From Candidatus Thorarchaeota archaeon (GTDB taxonomy: Archaea > Asgardarchaeota > Thorarchaeia > Thorarchaeales > Thorarchaeaceae), in assembly GCA_016840795.1 (NCBI GenBank), contig JAEORS010000002.1, forward strand, positions 1-35,334: 35,334 nt of DNA, in the 5' to 3' direction. Shown one piece after another: positions 18,379 through 26,732 of this stretch. The translations under genes were made by a program, and so were the position numbers. Within the stretch, counting starts at the first letter, position 1; every line of letters begins with the position of its first letter. The notes beneath the pieces were generated by a model. That model searched no databases. It was not told the origin of the DNA and saw only the letters and a program-made list of their open reading frames with translations.

Positions 18379-18395
18379 AAGAGAGGACTACATCA

Positions 18396-18908
18396 CTAGG
18401 AAGCTATCTGCACCATGTCCTTGAGACCATTGACTATCAACTTGTATCCATCAAGACGTTGCTTTGGATCGATGGCAACCATTCCGTAAGTGGGGACTCC
18501 AAGGAGATCCTCTACAGACCGAGGCTTCATGGACCCCGGAATGTCCTGTTTGTTGGCTATTGCTATGACAGGGACGCCATCTATCTTGTCTTTGTACTTT
18601 TGAAGCAGCATACGAGTCTTCAGGACAGCTTTTGGATTGCTCTCAGTGACAACCACAATCATCTTGCTGCCCTTCAGAAGGTCGGCCCACATGAACTCAA
18701 AGTGGGACTGACCGCCCATCTCCAGAAGTGTGACCCTTGTGGAATCGTCAAGAGAAATAGTACCTACGTCACATCCAACGGTCGGTTGATAGTTCGTGTG
18801 CAGCTTCTCAGTGTTCTCAGTGAGAAGCTTGATGAGCGTGGACTTACCAGCATATCCAGCGCCCATCAGGGCGACCTTCACATATCGGGTCATGTTCTTT
18901 GACTCCAT
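18396..18908 (-). CDS. Ras-superfamily small GTPase (Rab/Arf-like)
   Basis: G1 GAGYAGKST, switch-I-like YQPTVGCDVG, G3 LLEMGGQ (Glu in the usual Asp position), G4 ANKQD. About 165-170 aa. An alternative Met lies at 18893. Confidence 0.75.
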   Translation of the reverse strand: MESKNMTRYVKVALMGAGYAGKSTLIKLLTENTEKLHTNYQPTVGCDVGTISLDDSTRVTLLEMGGQSHFEFMWADLLKGSKMIVVVTESNPKAVLKTRMLLQKYKDKIDGVPVIAIANKQDIPGSMKPRSVEDLLGVPTYGMVAIDPKQRLDGYKLIVNGLKDMVQIAS

Positions 18909-19099
18909 AGAGCGGACGCGTCAGCTTCGATGTGCGAACATATCAGCTGATGTATTTCCTAGGTAACACCGACTATTGCCACGGCGCCCAGTTCATGTGC
19001 CACTTAAGGATGCTCAATTGGCTCCTGCTCTTTACACGGTAGGCGCCCAACAGAAGTGCTTAACAATGACCACGAGGCCAGCATGAGGGAGCTGATATC

Positions 19100-20101
19100 A
19101 TGTCTATCATAGACCCCCATTTCATTGTGATAGAGAAGGGGGCTCTAAGCAAAGTAGATGACTTCTTGGAAGACTATCAGCGACCAATATTCGTTACTGA
19201 CGATCTCCTGTTTTCCACCTACAAAGAGGAGGTCGAGAAACTCATGGGCCAAGAACAGACATGGTTCATGGTATCTGAGTATCAGAGTGGTGTGCCTCCC
19301 GCTCTTCTTGAAAAAGACATCATCCTTGGATTTGGTGGCGGTCGGAGTATTGACACAGCCAAGCTATTGGCAAGAGACACGGGACTCAACTGGATATCAG
19401 TGCCAACTGCAGCCTCTCATGATGGCATTGCAAGCGATGTGGCCTCCGTGAGTCAGAACGGTTATCGATATTCAGTAAGGTGCAAGAGTCCCATTGGTGT
19501 CATAGCAGACCTCTCAGTAATTGAGAAGGCTCCACCAAGCCTGACTCTGGCAGGAATAGGGGACATTGTATGCAAGTCGTCAAGCTTGGGAGAATGGCGT
19601 CTGGCTCATGAAGAGCGTAATGAGCCCTTTGAGAAGAGAGTATACGCACTGGTCGAGTCTGCACTGGAATCCGTTCTGCAGGATGAGGGTCTGGAAGCTC
19701 TTGTGAGAGCAGAAATAGACGCAGGAAGGGCCATGAGTATCTTCGGTAGTTCTAGACCTTGTTCCGGTACAGAACATGCTATTTCGCATGCCATGGACAG
19801 ACAGTGCAATGAACTCCATGGCCTTCAGGTTGCCTTTGCCACCCCCATCTGTCTACACTATCTTCGTGAAGCCGGTTATACAGACTATGGGGCAGAGGAT
19901 ATGCACCAGTTCTTGCTTGAGAGGAATATGCCAGCACGTCTTGGTGACCTGAGTCTGTCAGAGAGTCAACTCTTGGATCACATTCAACATGGCCTAGACA
20001 TAATGCAACGGCGAGATAGATATTCGGTCCTAGAACATCTTGCTGTTGAGAATACGGACATCTTGGAGACTTTGGTGACGCTCGAATACTATAATGAATG
20101 A
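19100..20101 (+). CDS. egsA: sn-Glycerol-1-phosphate dehydrogenase
   Basis: GFGGGRSIDTAKLLA, VPTAASHDGIAS and GSSRPCSGTEHAISHAMD are typical of archaeal G1PDH. Confidence 0.85.
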   Translation: MSIIDPHFIVIEKGALSKVDDFLEDYQRPIFVTDDLLFSTYKEEVEKLMGQEQTWFMVSEYQSGVPPALLEKDIILGFGGGRSIDTAKLLARDTGLNWISVPTAASHDGIASDVASVSQNGYRYSVRCKSPIGVIADLSVIEKAPPSLTLAGIGDIVCKSSSLGEWRLAHEERNEPFEKRVYALVESALESVLQDEGLEALVRAEIDAGRAMSIFGSSRPCSGTEHAISHAMDRQCNELHGLQVAFATPICLHYLREAGYTDYGAEDMHQFLLERNMPARLGDLSLSESQLLDHIQHGLDIMQRRDRYSVLEHLAVENTDILETLVTLEYYNE

Positions 20102-20143
20102 GCTCGGTCTGGTGGAAGAGGCCAGCTTCTGACACTTCGGCAG

Positions 20144-20155
20144 TTTTAAAAGAAT
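20144..20155 (+). promoter_or_regulatory. TATA-like box upstream of rpl7ae
   Basis: TTTTAAAAGAAT lies about 90 nt upstream of the rpl7ae ATG. No experimental support. Confidence 0.3.
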
Positions 20156-20241
20156 CTGGAATCTGGGCGGGGGAGAACGCCCCCAGGATTGGGAGCGTGT
20201 TCTGTATTCATACCAATGAAGTGAGAACAGAGGTAAAAAAG

Positions 20242-20613
20242 ATGCCAAAGCCGTCATTCGTTGAATGGGAAGCTACTGAGGAGCTTCAGAAGAAAGCCCT
20301 TGAGGCTCTTGAGATAGCCAAAGACACAGGTCGAATCAAGAAAGGAATCAATGAAACCACGAAGAGTATCGAGCGTGGAATTGCTCGTCTGGTGATTGTG
20401 GCAGAAGATGTCGAACCAGCCGAAGTGATCATGTATATCCCAGGACTCTGCGACGACCGCAAGGCCCCCTACATCTTCGTGCCAAATAAGAGAGAACTTG
20501 GAACTGCCGCGGGGATTGAGAGACCTACGGCAGCGGTTGCGATTGTTGTTGAGGGAAAAGCAAAGGACCTAGTGTCCGATGTGGTTGAGAAGATCGGTGC
20601 GCTACGTAAGTGA
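20242..20613 (+). CDS. rpl7ae: 50S ribosomal protein L7Ae (K-turn binding)
   Basis: GRIKKGINETTKSIERG.ARLVIVAEDVEP.E and PYIFVPNKRELG. The start was trimmed to MPKPSF, preceded by GAGGT. Confidence 0.9.
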   Translation: MPKPSFVEWEATEELQKKALEALEIAKDTGRIKKGINETTKSIERGIARLVIVAEDVEPAEVIMYIPGLCDDRKAPYIFVPNKRELGTAAGIERPTAAVAIVVEGKAKDLVSDVVEKIGALRK

Positions 20614-20631
20614 CTCAGGTGATGGCTTTCA

Positions 20632-20862
20632 ATGAGCAAGAAAGACGAAGAAGTTGTTACCCCGGCAATCCCCGCTGAAGTGATTCAGTTGCTAGGACGA
20701 ACCGGAGTGACTGGAGAGATCTCTCAGGTTCGTGTCAAGATTCTGGATGGCAGAGACAAGGGGAGAGTCCTCACGCGCAACGTAAAGGGACCTGTCAGAA
20801 TGGGAGATATTCTGATACTCCGTGAAACAGAACGAGAAGCCAGGAAGATGAGGAGGCGCTAG
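20632..20862 (+). CDS. rps28e: 30S ribosomal protein S28e
   Basis: [27 protein letters not shown]...[27 protein letters not shown]. Confidence 0.9.
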   Translation: MSKKDEEVVTPAIPAEVIQLLGRTGVTGEISQVRVKILDGRDKGRVLTRNVKGPVRMGDILILRETEREARKMRRR

Positions 20863-20869
20863 ACTAGAG

Positions 20870-21067
20870 ATGGTCGGAACACAACGCTGCATCTTCTGTG
20901 GAAAAGACATCGAACCAGGTACAGGCTCAGCATTTGTGCAGACAAAGGATGGTGCAGTCCTTTGGTTCTGTTCTAACAAATGCAAGACTGCTAGACTGAA
21001 ACGCAAGATGAAGCCAAGGGCCACAAAGTGGACTGCAGGTTTCGAGAAAGGCGGTAGGACCAAATAG
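20870..21067 (+). CDS. rpl24e: 50S ribosomal protein L24e
   Basis: CIFCGKDIEPGTG..FV..DG.VLWFCSNKC zinc-ribbon signature. Confidence 0.9.
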   Translation: MVGTQRCIFCGKDIEPGTGSAFVQTKDGAVLWFCSNKCKTARLKRKMKPRATKWTAGFEKGGRTK

Positions 21068-21070
21068 AAT

Positions 21071-21110
21071 CTCAGATTGATATCCTAAGTGGCACGATGT
21101 GCCATCTGAG
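21071..21110. terminator. Nested inverted repeat between the convergent rpl24e and ndk genes
   Basis: Outer stem CTCAGA(21071-76)/TCTGAG(21105-10). Inner stem TGGCAC(21090-95)-gat-GTGCCA(21099-104). Confidence 0.35.
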
Positions 21111-21114
21111 GACC

Positions 21115-21777
21115 TTATTGCTTCTCGACCTCTTCTTTTATGAAGTCGAAGACAGCCTGAGCAAGGGCGAGCTCCTCGCTCTCCAGGACTCCCTCAGAGT
21201 CTTTCCCAAAGAGCGCTTCCAACGATTCCAACACATGATTTGAAACATCGCCCTTCTCGATTGATGCTCTTACTTGATTCCGAATCTCTACGGTGTAGTC
21301 TATATCCGTCTTCGCATACTTTTCGATGTAGGTGCGCGCAAGGTCGTCTGCATCTTCAGACTCAGTAAGACCGCCCTCTTGGGTCCAGAGTGCAATCTCA
21401 GTTGCTGCGGTTTCTGGGGCGTCCGATGCATGTGCAATATTGACTCCTGCCCATATGCCGTACTTGCCTCGGAGCGATTCAGGTGCAGCCTTCTGCACAA
21501 AGGTGGCACCAAGAGCATCTCGTACCCCTTGAATAACATCATCTGCCTCAAGAATCATTGCTAGAACTGGAGCAGAGCTGATAAACTGGACCAACCAGGG
21601 GAAGAAGGGTTTCTCCTTGTGAACATCGTAGTGCATCTTGGCCAATGACTCGGAGACCTTCATCTCCTTGAACGCCTTGACTTGATAGCCTCGATCCATG
21701 AGAGCCTTCAGGACACGTGCACCAACACTTCTCCGAACTGTACCATCTGGTTTGACTATGACGAGGGAGCGCTCCAT
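21115..21777 (-). CDS. ndk: Nucleoside diphosphate kinase with ~85-aa acidic C-terminal extension
   Basis: MERSLVIVKPDG, KPFF, GATF...APESLRG and the catalytic NIAHASD. The extension begins after EIALW. The start was trimmed to 21777. Confidence 0.85.
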   Translation of the reverse strand: MERSLVIVKPDGTVRRSVGARVLKALMDRGYQVKAFKEMKVSESLAKMHYDVHKEKPFFPWLVQFISSAPVLAMILEADDVIQGVRDALGATFVQKAAPESLRGKYGIWAGVNIAHASDAPETAATEIALWTQEGGLTESEDADDLARTYIEKYAKTDIDYTVEIRNQVRASIEKGDVSNHVLESLEALFGKDSEGVLESEELALAQAVFDFIKEEVEKQ

Positions 21778-21928
21778 GACAGCCACATCTATCACTTGTC
21801 TTGTAGTCGCGACGCAGGAAGGACCTATTTTAGGCTTATGACCCGACTGCTTCGCGAACCGGCTCAAGCAATAGTTTCATAAACGTCAGCTCATGGTCGG
21901 CTGCAAGTCTTCTTGTGAGGTGTCACCC

Positions 21929-23725
21929 ATGACTGAGGCCAAGCCAAGGCAGAGTGCAAAGTTGCGTTCGCCGATTGTCACTGTACTTGGTCATATCGAT
22001 CATGGAAAGACCTCGCTTCTTGACAGAATGCGTGGCACTGCTGTCCAAGACCGTGAAGCTGCAGGGATAACTCAGCACATAGGAGCTTCTTTCTTCCCCA
22101 CTGAAACAATTGAAGCGATCTGTGGTGACCTTCTGAAGACCGTGAGGACAGAACTCACTATCGATGGTCTGCTGTTCATTGACACGCCTGGTCACGAGGC
22201 GTACCTGAACCTCCGCAGGAGAGGAGGGGCAATAGCGGACATCGCGATTCTCGTTGTGGACATCAACGAAGGAGCTCTCACTCAGACCTATGAGTCCTTG
22301 AAGATTCTACAGTCCGGTAGGACACCATTTCTTGTGGCTGCAAATAAACTGGACAAGGTCCCAGGCTGGCGAAACAAGGAAGCGATGAGCCTCTCCCAGG
22401 CGATACAGGCTCAAGCATTGTCGACCCAGAGCGAGATTGACAGGCGCATCTACGAGATTGTGGGAGCGCTTTCTGCAAATGGATATAACTCAGAGAGATT
22501 CGACAGGGTGCAGGACTTCACGAAGACCATTGCAATCGTTCCAACTAGCGCGAAGACTGGAGATGGAATACCCGAACTGCTGATGGTTCTGTCCGGTCTG
22601 ACTCAGCAGTATATGAAAGACCGTCTGCGAATAGTCGAAGGACCGGCAAGGGGTGCCATTCTGGAGGTTCGAGAGGAAACGGGGCTTGGTATCACTCTGG
22701 ATACTATCATCTACGAGGGCGTCCTGAGGAAGACCGATACCATTGTGGTTGGTGGGCTTGATGACGTCATAGTGGCAAAGATTAGGACCCTCTTGCAGCC
22801 GAAGGAATTAGATGAGATTAGAGACCCAAGGGAGAAGTTCACGCCGGTTTCGGAGGTGCATGCTGCCGCGGGCGTCAAGATCGTGGCGCCAGACATAGAG
22901 GGAGCAGTGGCAGGTGCGCCGGTCTATGCGGCAACCAGCGCCGAGAACCTTGAGGAAATCAAGCAGAAAGTAAGAGACGAGGTAAGCTCTATCCGGATTC
23001 AGAGGGATTCCTCGGGAATCGTACTGAAGACAGACACTCTTGGCTCGCTTGAAGCAGTAACGCAGTTCCTACAGGACCGTAACGTCCCAGTGAGGATAGC
23101 AGATGTTGGAACTATAGTCAAGCGTGACGTTGTGGAGGCAAAAGCAGCAGGAGACACAAATCCCCTCAATGCAGTCATACTTGGATTCAACGTTAAGTTC
23201 GCGGCTGACATTGAAGACTTGGCAGCTGAATATGGAGTTGAAACGTTCCTTAACGAAGTAATCTATCGACTCTATGATGATTATAATGCATGGCTCATTG
23301 TAAAGAGAGAACAGGCAAAGGCCGAGTCATTGAGTTCGATAATCCGGCCTAGCAAATTAGAGTTGATGCCTGAGTATGTGTTCCGAAAGAAGGACCCAGC
23401 TATAGTTGGGGTCCGAGTGCATGGACTCCTGAAACCAAGAACTGGGCTGATTAACGCAGAAGGGAGACGTGTTGGTACTGTTCTTCAGATTCAGGACAGA
23501 AGTGTCACCATAGATGAGGCCACAAATGGCATGGAAGTGGCAGTGTCCATCAGAGGCCCCACGATTGGCAGGCAGGTCAAGAATGATGAAACTCTCTATA
23601 CGGACGTGCCTGACAAGCACATTCTTGCCATCAGAAAGAAGTTCTTGGATGATCTCACGCCTTCTGAGGTCGAGGTTTTGCAGGAGATTACGGAGATTAA
23701 GAGAGCAGCAGGTGCCTTCATCTGA
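21929..23725 (+). CDS. infB: Translation initiation factor aIF5B (IF-2 type GTPase)
   Basis: RSPIVTVLGHIDHGKTSLLD, DTPGHEA and ANKLDK. The length and domain order are typical of aIF5B. The start was set to MTEAKPRQ. Confidence 0.9.
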   Translation: MTEAKPRQSAKLRSPIVTVLGHIDHGKTSLLDRMRGTAVQDREAAGITQHIGASFFPTETIEAICGDLLKTVRTELTIDGLLFIDTPGHEAYLNLRRRGGAIADIAILVVDINEGALTQTYESLKILQSGRTPFLVAANKLDKVPGWRNKEAMSLSQAIQAQALSTQSEIDRRIYEIVGALSANGYNSERFDRVQDFTKTIAIVPTSAKTGDGIPELLMVLSGLTQQYMKDRLRIVEGPARGAILEVREETGLGITLDTIIYEGVLRKTDTIVVGGLDDVIVAKIRTLLQPKELDEIRDPREKFTPVSEVHAAAGVKIVAPDIEGAVAGAPVYAATSAENLEEIKQKVRDEVSSIRIQRDSSGIVLKTDTLGSLEAVTQFLQDRNVPVRIADVGTIVKRDVVEAKAAGDTNPLNAVILGFNVKFAADIEDLAAEYGVETFLNEVIYRLYDDYNAWLIVKREQAKAESLSSIIRPSKLELMPEYVFRKKDPAIVGVRVHGLLKPRTGLINAEGRRVGTVLQIQDRSVTIDEATNGMEVAVSIRGPTIGRQVKNDETLYTDVPDKHILAIRKKFLDDLTPSEVEVLQEITEIKRAAGAFI

Positions 23726-23749
23726 GCACTGGGTAATCACTTCGCAACG

Positions 23750-23761
23750 TTTTTACGATAA
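23750..23761 (+). promoter_or_regulatory. TATA-like box for the SRP RNA gene
   Basis: TTTTTACGATAA is centred about 25-30 nt upstream of the inferred SRP RNA 5' end. Confidence 0.4.
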
Positions 23762-23778
23762 CTGATTCCTGATTTTAC

Positions 23779-24096
23779 TGCAGCGGGTAGGGTCGGGTCG
23801 TTTGCCGCGACCTGTGACCGGTATGGCAATAGCCGGGACTAGTAACCAACGCTGAGGACGAACCCAGACGCTCACGTGTCCTGTCATTGGACGTTGACGA
23901 GCAGTCTCTGGAGTCTGTCACAGCCGCAGCAGCAGTCGTAGGACTGCTGTGAGTGTGCTCAAAATGTCGAAATGGGTCAGGCCCTGGCGGGAACAGCCCT
24001 AAGACTAGGTGGTGGAGCCCCAGAGAGCGCTGCTTTGAGAAAGATGATAGATAGCACTGAGAAGAAGGACGATCGACGCTGCGGGGCCGCTGCACC
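23779..24096 (+). ncRNA. Signal recognition particle RNA (7S/SRP RNA)
   Basis: Helix-8-like core GGGUCAGGCCC-UGGC-GGGAACAGCCC matches the universal CAGG.CC-loop-GG.A.CAGCC SRP54-binding motif. The 5' TGCAGCGG (23779-86) pairs with the 3' CCGCTGCA (24087-94). The length of about 318 nt is typical of archaea. It starts GC-rich (GGGUAGGGUCGGG). The ends are approximate. Confidence 0.75.
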
Positions 24097-24292
24097 TCTT
24101 TCCAGATTGCTATTGTCATGAATGATATACCTACGACATGGGAATACTTAAGAGATGATTGAAATCGTCAGGGGCTTCAAGACTGTCGCGGATTCCCCCA
24201 GAACTGGGTTCTGTGTTGACGGTTGCAACGACAATTCATTTGTTTTCAGTGTTGAGCAGAAGGTGACCTGATATTTGCTAGAAAGAGGAGTC

Positions 24293-26071
24293 ATGAGGCA
24301 ACAGATACGAATCTATAGCCTTGGGGCAGTTGTCGGCGTGGTTTCGGGGTTGGTGGCAGTTGGGTTCAGATGGCTGATATTTGGAACTAGCACATTGTTT
24401 GTGTTGGTTCCACAACTAATCGGAATCTGGGGCTGGTTTGTCATACCTGCGCTAGGTGGATTGTTGGTCGGATTGATAGTACAGAACTATGCGCCTGAAG
24501 CAAAGGGACACGGAGTGCCAGAAATAATGGACGCCTACTCATTTCGAGGGGGGAGGATACGCATGAGAGTTCCCCTTCTCAAGAGTCTGGCTTCTGCGAT
24601 ATGCATCGGTTCGGGAGGATCATGTGGTCGTGAAGGTCCTATAGCGCAGATTGGGGGTGGTGTAGGCTCAACCATTGCGAACACCCTGAAGCTTGACAAG
24701 CGAATGACCAAGACGTTGGTTGTCTGTGGAGTGGCATCAGGCATTGCGGCCACCTTTAATGCGCCTCTTGGGGGAACTCTCTTTGGCATTGAGGTTATTG
24801 CAGGAGGGATAGTCGGATTCTCGATCATACCCGTAATACTCTCCTCCGTTGTCGCAACTGCACTTGCGAATGCGCTTCTAGGGTCACAACCATCGTTTCA
24901 GGCCCCAATTCTGTTCTTGAATAACTACTTTGAACTCGTACTATACCTTATGCTGGGTGTTCTGCTTGGCGTCGCCAGTGTAATCTGGACTAGAGGTTTC
25001 TATGTCATTGAGGACTTGTACGAGCGATTGAAGGTTCCGAAGCATATTCTTCCAGTCATTGGGGGCCTTATGGTGGGATTGCTTGCAATGGCTGTCATGT
25101 TGATGGAGGGCCCCTTCTCTTATGCCGGGATTTTTTACGGCAACCCATACTTCCCCGCTATCATGGGGGTAGGTTATGCCTTCATGGATGCTGCTCTAAT
25201 TGGGAGTGTATCTTTGGCGGCATTGGTCATATTTGGGCTGTTAAAGGCGCTAGCTACGTCCATGACCCTTGGCTCTGGTGGGTCTGGTGGTGTTTTCGCC
25301 CCCACCCTCTTCATCGGCACAGCAATCGGAGGTGCCTTCGGAGCGGCTTTCTCAATTCTTCTTCCAGGACTGGTTCCTCAGCCGGTGGGCTTTGCGGTTG
25401 TTGGCATGGCAGCATTGTTTGCAGGCGCAGGAAGAGCTCCCATCACATGTATTGTAATCATCATGGAGATGACAACCGACTATTCCATGATTCTTCCGCT
25501 TATGATTGCGGTGTCAACTTCATTCCTGGTAGCCTCCTCAATTGAGGAGGAGAGCATCTATACTCTGAAACTGTCGAGGAGAGGAGTACGATTGCGAAGA
25601 GGATTCTACATCGGAGCATTGAAGGAAGCTAAGGTTGCTCAAGTGATGACAGAAGACCCCACTGTGCTCAACCCCGAGATGACAAGGAATCAGGTCCTCC
25701 GGATTGTCGATGAAACTCAACATACCAAATTCCCGGTGGTCAACGGTGACGGTCTGGTAGTCGGGACTCTGATTACCGAAGACCTGTTTTGCGAAAGGGA
25801 TGATGACTGCGAACCACTGGTGAAGGATGTGATGAGTACAGACTTCTTGCATATCAGCCCGGATAGCTCAATGGACAGTGTACTACATGCCATGCTGGAA
25901 CGAAACGAAGGACACGCAGTTGTAGTAGATCCAAGAATACCCAACGTAATGGTTGGCTTCATCACGAAGGCAGACGTTCTGAAGGCATACGAACTGGCAA
26001 TTGTCAGGTTGAGAGAGGAGGGTGAGACTGTAGAGGCAATAGACCCTCTTGATGTGATAGATGTGACGTGA
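24293..26071 (+). CDS. ClC-family chloride channel/transporter with C-terminal tandem CBS domains
   Basis: GSGGSCGREGP, GIAATFNAPLGG and GSGGSGGVFAPTLFIG selectivity-filter motifs. A soluble CBS-like tail follows about 10 TM helices. ATG 24293 is preceded by GAGGAG. The ORF track uses a TTG at 24275. Confidence 0.85.
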   Translation: MRQQIRIYSLGAVVGVVSGLVAVGFRWLIFGTSTLFVLVPQLIGIWGWFVIPALGGLLVGLIVQNYAPEAKGHGVPEIMDAYSFRGGRIRMRVPLLKSLASAICIGSGGSCGREGPIAQIGGGVGSTIANTLKLDKRMTKTLVVCGVASGIAATFNAPLGGTLFGIEVIAGGIVGFSIIPVILSSVVATALANALLGSQPSFQAPILFLNNYFELVLYLMLGVLLGVASVIWTRGFYVIEDLYERLKVPKHILPVIGGLMVGLLAMAVMLMEGPFSYAGIFYGNPYFPAIMGVGYAFMDAALIGSVSLAALVIFGLLKALATSMTLGSGGSGGVFAPTLFIGTAIGGAFGAAFSILLPGLVPQPVGFAVVGMAALFAGAGRAPITCIVIIMEMTTDYSMILPLMIAVSTSFLVASSIEEESIYTLKLSRRGVRLRRGFYIGALKEAKVAQVMTEDPTVLNPEMTRNQVLRIVDETQHTKFPVVNGDGLVVGTLITEDLFCERDDDCEPLVKDVMSTDFLHISPDSSMDSVLHAMLERNEGHAVVVDPRIPNVMVGFITKADVLKAYELAIVRLREEGETVEAIDPLDVIDVT

Positions 26072-26147
26072 TGGGCTCTGTTCTTCAGATTCATGACGCA
26101 ATGTTTATGTGAAATGTGATTTCCCGATTTGTCGCGTTCTCACAGAG

Positions 26148-26260
26148 GCTGGGGTATCCAAGCCTGGTATGGAGCTGGATTGCTATAGGCAGCTATTAGC
26201 AGTCCTGCAAACATCCAGTGTGCTATGCACTCGAGGGTTCGAATCCCTCCCCCAGCGCCA
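26148..26260 (+). tRNA. tRNA-Ser (anticodon GCT) with 27-nt canonical intron (26186-26212) and encoded CCA
   Basis: Acceptor GCTGGGG/CCCCAGC, D-stem TCCA/TGGA, anticodon stem CTGGA/TCCAG, and a long variable arm GTGC-tat-GCAC (class II). T-arm GAGGG-TTCGAAT-CCCTC. The intron sits after position 37. UUGC pairs with intronic GCAA to form the 4-bp central helix, flanked by 3-nt bulges (bulge-helix-bulge). Confidence 0.85.
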
Positions 26261-26414
26261 TCATTCTGGTTTAGAGTCTTCACATAGTCTATTCTACCGA
26301 ATAGTCGAACGTTCTTCGTTTTCTATCGACGCAGCCACCTGCTGTCAACGTCCTACTCAAATATTCAGACCTGAGTTCCTTCGACGTCTAATCTCCTGAT
26401 TGTAGGCCACAAGA

Positions 26415-26621
26415 ATGAACGACAAGATCTATTCAGCGAGAGTATCACTCATCGTGTCGAGTATCTGCCTCCTTATTACTATCCTGGGCCAGTTGTACCT
26501 ATCTTTGGTGGGAGGCTATGGAAGTGAGGTGTTTGCCACGCTTGACAGTATTTCCACAGCCTTCTTCATAATTTGGATAGTAGCGCTCTTGTGCTTTGTG
26601 AGTCGGAAGAGCGGGAGATGA
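26415..26621 (+). CDS. Hypothetical 68-aa two-TM membrane protein
   Basis: Two hydrophobic helices. No homology evidence. Confidence 0.3.
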   Translation: MNDKIYSARVSLIVSSICLLITILGQLYLSLVGGYGSEVFATLDSISTAFFIIWIVALLCFVSRKSGR

Positions 26622-26680
26622 ACACTAGGAACAGGTTGCCCAGGGTTATCCTCGGCATTTCTGATTCCTGGCTCAACCGG

Positions 26681-26722
26681 AAAAAGTAGGAGGGCGAGAA
26701 CCGGTTTTGCGGCTGCTCGCCC
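26681..26722 (-). terminator. Hairpin plus T-run downstream of the MFS gene
   Basis: Stem GGGCGAG(26692-98)/CTCGCCC(26716-22). On the minus strand it is followed by TCCTACTTTTT. Confidence 0.4.
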
Positions 26723-26732
26723 AAATCCTGCT

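Noticed and set aside
23775-24119. 114-aa minus-strand ORF
   Set aside because: The translation is low-complexity and Ser/Pro/Arg-rich, with no start context. The locus is better explained by an SRP RNA on the plus strand.
24097-24292. Fluoride (crcB-type) riboswitch upstream of the ClC gene
   Set aside because: The conserved GAUGG...CUAAUGA..CCUAC elements are absent. The channel also carries CBS domains, which are typical of ordinary ClC rather than ClC-F.
26109-26399. 96-aa plus-strand ORF
   Set aside because: It reads straight through the intron-containing tRNA-Ser gene, so it is an artefact.
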